From Klebsormidium nitens (taxonomy: Eukaryota; Plantae; Klebsormidiophyceae): a stretch of DNA of 64,000 bases. The translations under genes were made by a program, and so were the position numbers. Shown here one piece after another: positions 54,459 to 64,000 of the stretch (positions are counted from its first letter, which is position 1; each line of letters starts with the position of its first letter). The notes under the pieces are model-generated. The model saw nothing but the letters and a program-made list of their open reading frames with translations, made no database searches and had not been told where the DNA came from. The stretch lies in contig DF237152.1 of NCBI GenBank assembly GCA_000708835.1, positions 64,938 to 128,937 of the forward strand. The letters run 5' to 3'.

Positions 54459-57400
54459 TCAGCACCCCGCTAGGAGCCGGAAAACGCAGACTGGACTGTG
54501 CAAATCCGGCAGGAATGCGCGTTTACTATCCAACGCTCGCAAGAAGATGGTCTCGGGGGCAGTCTCCACTTTCCCAGTCTGTGCAGCGTACTCGAGCGCC
54601 ATCTCATTGTCAACCTGGGTGCACAGGAAGCGACTATGCATCAGGTTTTGGCCTGTCGGCTGGTGTAACAGCCCTCTTGCCAGAGACGTGCCGGTTGTCA
54701 GGCGGATTATGAGTGAGGCCTGCAAATGGCAAACAATACGAAAGGCGGGTCCAAAGGGAACAACGCCAGATAAATACACGGTTCTTGATCAAGTAAAACG
54801 AACGGCAACCAATAGCGCCAAAACCCTGACTAAGGAGCAGGTTAAACAGGGTGTCTGCTCTACGTGGCTTGCAGCGACACACAGAGAACGGGTCTCGACT
54901 GTGTGTCGCTGCGAATGTAAACCACGTGGTTTCTGCGAGCGACTGCGAAGGTAAAAGCTCGGGTATCTGGTCGCCCTATGAAGAATGCTCCACGACCTCC
55001 TCCTTAAAAGAGGGCATCAGATCTCAAGCTACATCCGTGGATCCGAGGGAAAAGGTCATCCAACGGCCCACATCCCATCTGCAATCTTGCCCTCGGCATC
55101 CAAACTTGCCTCGGTTGTGGGCAGTATCTGGTCGCCAGACGGGGGACCAGTCCCCCGACGCGTTCTTTGAGTGACAACCACACACGATCCAGGCAGACGA
55201 CTCAAACAGCAACCGGCGACAGCCGCCCGGGAACCCCACCTGCTCCACGTGCTGCGTCAGCTTCTGCCGGAGCGTCTCCTCGGTGACTTCCTCCGAGACG
55301 ACCTTCTCCAGCAGCGCCGCGTCCCCGGGGGGGAGCTCCGTCCGGCGCCGTTTGGAGTCGGCAATCGTGTCCAGGACCTCGAAAACTGCGCGCGTCACGT
55401 CGGGGATGTAGCGCGCGAGGTTGCGCTTGCGCTGCTGCCGCTCGCGCGCCTGCTGCTGGCGCACGATCTTGGACTTGAGCTGCAGGCAGCACTGCTGGAG
55501 CGCTTGCTGCGGGGGGGAGAAAGGCAGACCCAAAGTTAAGAATAAGGTAGTAGCAACAACAAGAACTATTAGTATTAGCAAAAGTACTAGCGGACGATCT
55601 TGGACTTGAGCTGCAGGCAGCACTGCTGGAGAGCTTGCTGCGGGGGCGAACGCGAGATCAGCGAACGAACGGTGGCATTACAATGATAATAGCTGTAGTG
55701 TTGACGATTATTGATAAACAAGCCAATCGTGATTGAATTTTCGTGCTGTCAGAAAAGTATCCGGGTGGTGTCCTATCGGACGTAGAAGGACGGTGAAGAA
55801 AGACAGATGACGCTTGTGGGCAGGGCGAATTCAGAAGGGAGTCAGAACTGCAGGCAGCACTGCTGGAGGGCTTGCTGCAAGAAGGAACAGGAGCGGAATG
55901 CAATATCAGCAAATAATCCTGGTGACGAGAACAATAACCACAGGAGTTTTGGGCCCTTAACCAAGGACGGTTCTGGGCTGGTTAGAAACCGGTTATATGT
56001 CCAGTAACCAGCCTCGGGCGTTAGACAGCCTTGGAACAAGGTTAAAGCCCAGTTGACTGTCCAATAACCCGAGCCAAGTCTGGTAGTCGGCCGGGTTAGC
56101 AGCCAAAACTTCCCGCGATTGCAAGTGCTTGCAAAAATGTTGGCAATGGTTAAGACTATTGGCGACTCGGTGCGGTCAGGATAGGCCCTTGGAGTGTTTG
56201 GGCGGTGGACGTTGAATGAAGGAGAGCGAGAGAAAGAGACAGACAACATGTGTGGGCAGGACGGGCCGGAAGGGGAAGCGAAGTTCCAGCTGCAGGTAGC
56301 ACTGCTGGATCGCTTGCTGCGGAGGGGAGAGGAGCAGAACCCAATTCAACAAACGAATTGTTGGGGACACCAGAACCATAGTGACAGCAACTGTGTTGGC
56401 AATGAGTCAATTTCACAGCCGATAGTATCGGCGTTTCCGTGCTGTCAGAAGCGGCTCCTGGCGTTTCTGGGTGGTGAAGTATCAAAGTGAGGATGGCGAG
56501 AGAGGGAAAGAGAGAAAGGCTGTGAGCAGGGTGTGTAGGTAACAGAGAGAAGTGGGGGCCGTAAGGATCGCTATTGGCAGGGAGTCTTCAGAAGCAGCGA
56601 GGTCAGTCTCCAGATCAACTCGGCGACTCTCGAGCTGATCTGCTCGTCAGCTTTTCGGCAGTAAGAGACTAGGCGACGACCTGTCTGAGCTTTTTGCCGG
56701 TTGCTTTTTTACAGGTAAGCCCGCCTGACGCCGTCTCCAAGGACAACATGACGTTTGCTGAGGCCAGCATACAATGACACAGGCCCGTGTTCGCCGCCAG
56801 ATCTGAAGTCCAAGATTGAATCCACGCAACAGCGAAACATTCTAAGCGGCCTGAGAGTACAGGTCTCAATACTATGTTGACTAAGGGCCATGTTGACTAA
56901 GGAGCGTGCCCGAGGACGGAGAGGGTTGGTTCGGGGGTTAGGGTGGGTTTGGGTGCTAGGGTGGGTTTGGGTGCGGAGCGTGCCATTTCCTGGTTCGGTT
57001 TCCAGTTTTCTAAGTTCCACCGAGCACTATCCTTAGTCAACATGCTCTTAAAAGACATGAGAGTGAGAAGTATCTTGAGACTGACCTTGACTGCCGCCGC
57101 GATTTCGGGAATGTCGTCACCAATGTATTCCTTCCCCGTGCCCTTGAAAGGGATCTTGGTGCTGACGATGCTGACGAAGACGCCGATCTTATCCGTCGTC
57201 TGGTTGATCTTGTAGCTCGCCCAGCTGCATCGAAGCAATATGACGTCAGATGACGCTGAGCAGAATGACGTCACTCGCGAAAGCTGACGTCATCGGGTCC
57301 TGTTGTGTGAGAGTTGGCGAAGGAAGCCAGAGGAGAGCCCGTTCTTCGCAGAAGTGGGTTTGCCAGCTCCCGGCAAACTCCTCTCTGAGAGACACAAAGT

Positions 57401-60400
57401 CGAAAGTCGAAGGACAAAGATTTGATTCGAAGAGCATGACCCGCTTCCAAAGTTTCGATGAAAAACTGACCCAGCAACCTTGTAAAGGCCAGGGAGCCCA
57501 TACGAGTTTCGCCCCCTACACTATTGCATAAAAGCGACAAATTGCCTCGTAATGAATAAGCTAATGGGGAGAACGGCTCACTTTATCCGCTTCGAGGCCG
57601 TCCTCGTGATGACGTCACCGCCCGCTTCGAAGAGCAAAGGGATGCGGTTGGCGAAGCGGAAGACGTTGATGCCCTGCGCACGACAGAACAGGGATTGAAC
57701 AAATTGGCGCCAGAAGTGGTCGAACCATCTTCTTGTGAGCATAGCCGTTCCAGGATATTTCTACCTGGGACCAACGCGTTCAAAGGGAAGACAACCTCTG
57801 CAAAGCGCCGAGTCAAAGGTTCTGGAAAAGGGTTGAGCACCATCCTGCTCTCAAAAGCGAAGTGAGCTTGAGCGGGAATTTTGAGGGCAATCACCCACGC
57901 TGCTTTAGGCTGGCAGGTTCCAAAACTAGGAACGCAACGACTTGACGAGACATGGTAGTCCGAATTTATCAAGTCCACACAGCACCTCCGTTGTCTCCTC
58001 TGCTTCGAAACCGATTCACGCCTTTGCAAGAAAGTTGGTCACTCGTACGTTTAAGAAGCCAGGTAAGTAACTACGAGCGACGCACGCGTTCGCCACAGTA
58101 AGCTTGGCGCTCTGCAGGCAGTTTCTTGAGCAGCGGGAGAAAAATGACGCTGTCTAAACGGCAAACTCTGACCCAAAACGATAGCCGCTTATCAAACTCA
58201 CGGGCTTCACGTCCTTGCCCCCCAGGCTGAGGCCTGCTTCCACGATGAAGGGATGGCCCTCAAACACCTGCGTGCTGCATTGCGGAGCTAGGTAAGATTG
58301 CGTTTGAATCTGACGAACGGCCGAGCCTTGAAGCGGTATCGTATGGTGTCCTCTCTCTTCAGGGTTTCTAGCAAGTCGAGGTAGGCGGGAAGTGCCAACG
58401 TTGTTGCAAAGTTGTTGCACTCAACGCCCCAATTTATGACGTTAGCATATTTCAAGACTGCCTGAAAGAGCCCAACTGACGAGATCCCAACCTGTGCTCA
58501 GGCGGAGCCCGCAATCGAGCATAGATGGCTGCGTGTTCCGTTGTTGCGCCAGCAGAAGTGTGCACATGCAGCTGATTAGAAGATTGCACACACACCAAAA
58601 GGACTGCGCATATGGAGGGATAGAAGAAAGGCCAATGATGGCGTTGAGGAGGATAACGGCGCGTTTCCCACCTGCCCTGATAGGTCGCTACCATATCGGG
58701 GTGCAAATCCTTCATGATGCCCAGTCGCATGTTGTACTCTCCAGCGGGGCTCAGGCACTGCAGCAAAACATAGTTGGACTTAGCAGCAAGTTCTTTTAGC
58801 ATTTCGCAGAACCGCTCAGCGATGAGATCGACTGGAATCAGGCTGCTAAGAGCAGATGCGCGACGGAAGAGGACAATCAGAATATACACCCTTGGACATC
58901 CACAGACTCACTTTACACAGCATTGTGGTTGTCTAGTGTAATCTCCAATTGCAAAAAATTCAGCAGATTCACTTTAAGCAGTTGTGAGAGATTGCAATAG
59001 AAGCTGCGAACGGGCGGGTTCATGCGGATCGAGACTGACCGAAAGTCAGCAAGCAACTAGGCAGCGCACACACTGACTCTCGACTATGACGTCGAAAAGC
59101 CTCTGCAGCGGGTCACAGGAAGGACAACATAAGCAAATTCCAACCACGTCTCGGATCGGGATTCGTCCTCTTGGCGGGTGGCCGCGGACATCACTTTGTG
59201 GCGGTAGATTCTCACGTCTCCAGAGGGGTCGGCGAACTTGGCCTGGCGGAACAGTTGGTGTATTCGCGCGACCTGCTGGTCCGTCAGCGAGCGTACCGCC
59301 ATTTTGGAGGCGAAGTCGGGGCCCATCTCACCTGCAAGACGTGGAATATGGCTCGTTTTCGGTACGCTAACTTCTGATCCATTCAGAGTGTAGTTTAGGG
59401 TATCTTAAGCACTAAGGCGCAAGTCCTGCTTTGAAAGGAATCACGCTTGCCGAAGTGGAAGAGAGTTGAGCCTCGTTCAGTAATGACCACTTTCTATGCG
59501 AAGGGGGCACTGACTGGGTCCGCTGTACACCAAATCAGCGAAGCCGACCGAGCTTTTGCTGGAAGACACTCGTTGACTCTCATAAACTTGCAGTGTCTAA
59601 ACAAGCAAATCTCAGAGGACCACATAGGCTTGCTGACAGCTTCATACCAGAACTTGGATGTCTGCAAACAGGAAGAGCAAGGGCATAATGTGAGCCACCA
59701 ATCCTTTCAGGAGATTTCCTCAAGATAGACACCAAGAATCTCTAACCAGCAAAGAATCACAAGTGCGCTGCCCTGATGCTGTTTCTGCATTCGCCCTCCG
59801 CTTGTTCTGACGACGCGAGAGCTGTTGCACCGCAAAGTAAGATGATGACTTACTGTCATCATCGGTGCGTCTTCTCATATTCGTACGCAATTTTCAATAG
59901 TTGCAATAGTGCAAAAGACCACTCGCAAGAATCCAGATAACTCACCGATAAGCCTTTCTGCGAGCGGCTTCTTGACCGTGTCGAACTCAGCCACCAAGAA
60001 TTGGCTCAGAGTCTGCTTGCTGGTCTCTGCGATGAGCCGCTTGATCAGCAGCAGGTCAACGGCGGACGGGTGGTATTTCGCCTCCTGGGGCGCAGCCGGC
60101 ATGACGTCAGTGCGGCGAGCGAAGTGGATGCTGATGTTCTTGCTGCAAGCAGACGTTGGAGGAAGGCAATGAGAAGGATGTACCCAGATCTCTGTCCTTT
60201 CGTTTGCATCTACAGGAGGGCAATCCAATGACAATTAGAGCTTGCTGCGGGGTTGCGGGTCGGGGACCAGACGAGGCGCATATACTGGGGTACAAGACAT
60301 CGTGGGCACGAGAAGAGCTAAGACAGGATGTCGGTTAAAGCGTGCGAAATGCGTTTGAGCGCTGGCCACTGTTTAAAGGTCGATTCTGTCAGGGATTAGT

Positions 60401-63400
60401 TGGTCAAGGGTTGTACCGAACCACTAATGCTTTGGCATCTTTGACGACTGCATTCAGGAGCACAGAAGCTTCAGCAACAACGTATTGTAGTAGTAAGCTC
60501 CACCGGAAGTTCGTGATCTTGAATGAGCTTAAGTTCGTAATTTGAATTCGGCACTAAGGAAGGCAAACTGCACCCGACTGCCTTAACTTGGCGGGCAAAG
60601 TAACTGGGGCCTCACTCGGGGGTGGTGCTGATGAAGCGGAAGACGAACTCAGCGTAAGGGGTGATCACGGCCATCTGCCTCATGTAGTTGACAATCTTCG
60701 ACTGTACAAGAAGAGAGGAGAGTGGAAGTTCGGACCAAGCTCTTTCCAATCTGTCGAGGCCAATGGACCGTTCAATGGTTGAAGAATCATCGAATGGCAC
60801 GTGTCCCGATGCACATTTCAATACGAACCGAAAGCGACAATGGCAGCGACTCGGCCTCTGACATCCGACGAGTTAACGGGAAGAACATGAGGAGGCATTA
60901 TGCGTCAATCAGAAACGTAGGGTTGTGAAGGAAGAAAGATCAGAGGCAATTAGCATACAGAAAAGGAAGAATAAAACGAAGTCCGTAAAGCGACATCCGC
61001 ACCTTATACGTAGTCCAGTTTCCCTCGATTACCACTTGCAGCTCGGCCCCTCGCCACCGCTGCGGGTTTGGTTCTTTCTCATGTTTGTGAATGTTTGGCA
61101 GGTTCCTGCAAACCAGCAGATTGTCTCGTAACCAGTACTTTTCGCCTATAAGAGACTCAAGTCGCTCGGCAGGTAGGAGACCCGAACAGCAAAGAGGTTC
61201 GAGGCGAAAGATCCAGACGAGCGATGTAAGTTTGCATCCTCTTCGCTTTTCACCTCGCCGTGACGTTGGGGTCGATCGAGAGGCTGGATTGCATGAAAGG
61301 TATCAACGAGACGACCTGATGACGTTAGACTACGATCAGGATACACGAGCATGGGAAAGCTTGGATGTCGAGTGAAGGGCAAAAGCTCACTTGTGGATGT
61401 CAATATCTAGCCGGCAGAACGTGCAGAAAGGGTGGCCCTTCATGGCGCTCCGGATGTCGATTGGCAGGCCGGTGCTCATCTTCGACCAGATCAGAGCCTG
61501 CCGAAAAGAAAGCCACTGTCTCTTTTCCATGGCGATGTAAGATTCCTAACGGCTAACAGATCTAGAATATCAGTGGAGCCGTTTGGAGTGAAAGAAGTCT
61601 GCGGAAACCATAAGAGCGTTTATTCAACGGCAACATGTCAATTTGGTAAAGCTAGCACGATTTTTGAGTACGACTTTCAACCCTCTGCTGCAGACAGACA
61701 TGTCGAACTTCACTCACCATCTTTGCTCCGAGTCCAAACTTCCCACGAGTCTGTCTCAACCCATATTTGGTCCCAGACAGTACTGCAAAACGATGGATCA
61801 CGATCAGCCGCTTCGACACGCAACCACGGGGGTGATCGAGAGGTCTAGAAACATCAGAAAGTTCACAACGAAATCTCAAGCTCCAACTAGAGAAAATGAG
61901 ACTCCCTGAGCCAGTCCCCTGAACCTGTACACTCATAGACAAAGAAACAACTCTCATGGAGCACGCACCTGCGGTAGGATCATGAAAGAAGCAGTCTCAC
62001 CTCGGCCAAGCATGTTCGGAATGTCATCATGAGGCATGCCCTTTCCATTGTCCTGCAACCAACAATGCGTATCTTTCAACGCCGTAGTCTCAAAGACATG
62101 CAGGCAGGTCGTTCAGTGCGTTCTCCCGGCCCTTTCATGCAGGCAACGAAAGCAGAGAGAAGGCTGATACCACTTTTAAGGGTTCCTCTTTCAGAAGCCT
62201 CCATACCTTCACTGTGACCCTGTAGAAAGAGGCGTCTCCTTTTCCTTTTCCGCCAGCTCGCTGACCTTCCTTTGCCTTCTTTCCAGCCTTTGCTAGACGC
62301 TCCTGCTCCTTTGCTTCACGTGCGAGTCGCTTCTGAGAAAGAAGAAAGCGCCAATGCTCTTCAGCCAGAGGACAGGGTAGCTCAACCTGGGCGGCGTCTA
62401 GGATCTTGTAGAGACCTCCTACCAGAAAATTACTGCAACAGAACCATCAAGCAGCCCGCAGGCATCATGTCAACTTTGTGTGAAGACTAAAGCATTCTTA
62501 CACGAGCAACGCAGAAAAGCCTCAAATTGACGTGGAGGTGAGCGAGGACATACCTCTTTCAACTTGTCAGTCTCAAAGTCTCCATACAGTTCCTCATCAA
62601 CTCGATCTTGGTCAACAAGTCCGATCAGAGCATGAAACCTTGACTTCTCGATCTCTTCACTGCAGCGAAAGAGGAAGACTGATTTGAAACTTCAAAGTGC
62701 GTGCATTCAGCTGAGTCGCTGACCCAAATGATCGTCGAAAAAGTGTAGGATTCCTTGCACAGTTCTAGCAATCAACAAGTTTTAGCAGGCACGTTGTAGC
62801 ACACCTGACAGCAGAAGGTAACCAAAAGACATCATTTTGGGCAAGAGTTGGAGGGAGATACTTACATTGTCACCTCTATTTCTGGAAGTTCTGCAATAGA
62901 CTCAGCGGAGTCCAGTGCGTTTTCAACAAGTTCACGAACAGTAGTGTACAGGCTCTTTCCTGGCTGCGCACGACACAAAACCAGGGCCTGATTCCACGGA
63001 TCTTGAAATGGCAACCTCTCTATAACTTTGAGGATATCAACACGTGTTATAAACAGGCTAGGTCAGAATGAATCGTATATGTGCCCCCAAGTGAGTCAAA
63101 GAAGCTAAACTCAATGTTGATGCACGATGTGGGGGAATTGGAGCAGTTTCAAATGAACCAGAGCTTTTGCTACAGCACGGTAGCCGCTTACATTGTCAAA
63201 CCCCGCTATGTTCTTGTTCTCTGAAAAGAACTCCGCTGGTGACTCTGTTGAAGAAGTGCAGAGAGGTGTAAGCATCTTTTTGTCCCCCAATAGAAGGAAG
63301 CTTCTGCTAAGTCGCGAGAAACGCTTTTCATCAACTGGTGCAGTTACATGCTGAAAGTGGTGAAGGCCAGTTAAAAACTGGTGCAGGAAGGGTTTCACAA

Positions 63401-63643
63401 AGAACTGGCATAAACACCTTCTGGAGGAAGAAACAAATTCCGCCTTCATGCAACCTACTTTACTTTCACACCAGCCCATTGATGAGTTTTCAGCTGTAGA
63501 TGATCATTCCTCTATGTGTGGGATGCTCAAAGAGAGACTGAGCACAACTTACTCTGCTTCAAGACCGGATGTTTCTTTCCGACTGGCCGCGCAACCTTTC
63601 CAGCTTTTGAAGCTGCACCACCATTCTCCTTGCCACCAGCCAT
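54459..63643 (-). CDS. TOP6B: DNA topoisomerase VI subunit B (plant TOP6B/BIN3/RHL3 type), complete, 18 exons, 670 aa
   Basis: Exons (minus): 63553..63643, 63192..63244, 62866..62963, 62554..62659, 62207..62332, 62001..62052, 61718..61782, 61391..61497, 61003..61105, 60616..60701, 59946..60142, 59216..59331, 58672..58757, 58202..58274, 57582..57673, 57086..57224, 55240..55506, 54459..54614 = 2013 nt, all GT-AG and in phase. Motifs: [95 protein letters not shown]. Confidence 0.98.
55506..56335 (-). repeat. Four copies of one 3' splice site plus exon start (pyrimidine tract-CGCAG|CAAGC.CTCCAGCAGTGCTGCCTGCAG) in TOP6B intron 16
   Basis: The functional exon starts at 55506. Echo copies start at 55637, 55874 and 56316, each with an intact (C/T)GCAG. 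Confidence 0.92.
56874..57044. repeat. Small element with 15-bp perfect inverted repeats enclosing a G-rich, telomere-like tract
   Basis: CATGTTGACTAAGGA (56889..56903) and TCCTTAGTCAACATG (57030..57044), with an extra partial left copy at 56874..56886. The interior reads GGGGTTAGGGTGGGTTTGGGTGCTAGGGTGGGTTTGGG. Confidence 0.75.
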
Positions 63644-64000
63644 TGGCATCACACTGCTTGGGCGAGCACCACCGAATTTACCTGCAGCAATCCATGAAGG
63701 TCACCTTGGGGAAGACCAAACCAACACAATGATTCAATAGTAATACGTCAATTGGTCTTTCCACCAAAGGGTCTGCATTGCATGCTGCTGCACGCATTGC
63801 AATTTGCACCAAGTCCTTCTGTCGCCCCCTGAAAGGCGCGCGCGCGCGAGCCTGGGCGTAGCCTCTGGTCTACAACTTACAAGTACAACAGGAGCCTGAG
63901 GATAAATTTGCCGTGCATGAGTTCTCAGGCTCCTATTTAATTTATGCCGGCTCCTGATCATGCCGGGTGTAAGATTCTTTCCACCTTCCTCGGTGTCCGC

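Noticed and set aside
54459-63643. TOP6B as a recent archaeal transfer or contamination
   Set aside because: It has 17 spliceosomal introns and plant-type length and motifs; topoisomerase VI is a known vertical component of plants and algae.

Overview
Eukaryotic nuclear DNA, gene-dense and intron-rich. It is most consistent with a streptophyte green alga such as Klebsormidium; this is an inference from plant-type TOP6B, RECQ4, cathepsin B and eIF4B motifs occurring alongside a ciliary dynein-2 subunit. By reading splice sites and phases by hand I reconstruct ten genes in order: WDR60/DYNC2I1 (+, 5' truncated), a DUF4419 protein (-), a small tentative orphan (+), a MYST acetyltransferase (-), ESCRT-II VPS22 (+), a helical-repeat/MYND-finger protein (+), cathepsin B (-), a RECQ4/BLM-type helicase (+), an uncharacterised plant-type membrane protein (-), then an eIF4B-C-terminal/CCHC-knuckle glycine-rich protein (+). 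An eleventh, a complete 18-exon TOP6B (-), closes the window. No rRNA, tRNA, CRISPR array or autonomous transposon is supported. The most striking unexplained structure is a recurring pattern of 'junction echoes': diverged tandem copies of an exon-intron boundary sitting inside the intron next to the functional boundary. There are at least 13 copies in 5 genes, many with intact AG or GT, and most would introduce a premature stop if used. Other notable items are two GC-AG introns, a perfect 35-bp intronic hairpin, a nested foldback element, a small inverted-repeat element enclosing a G-quadruplex motif, and CATG/TGCA-saturated spacers downstream of genes. All homology calls are from recalled motifs, not database searches.
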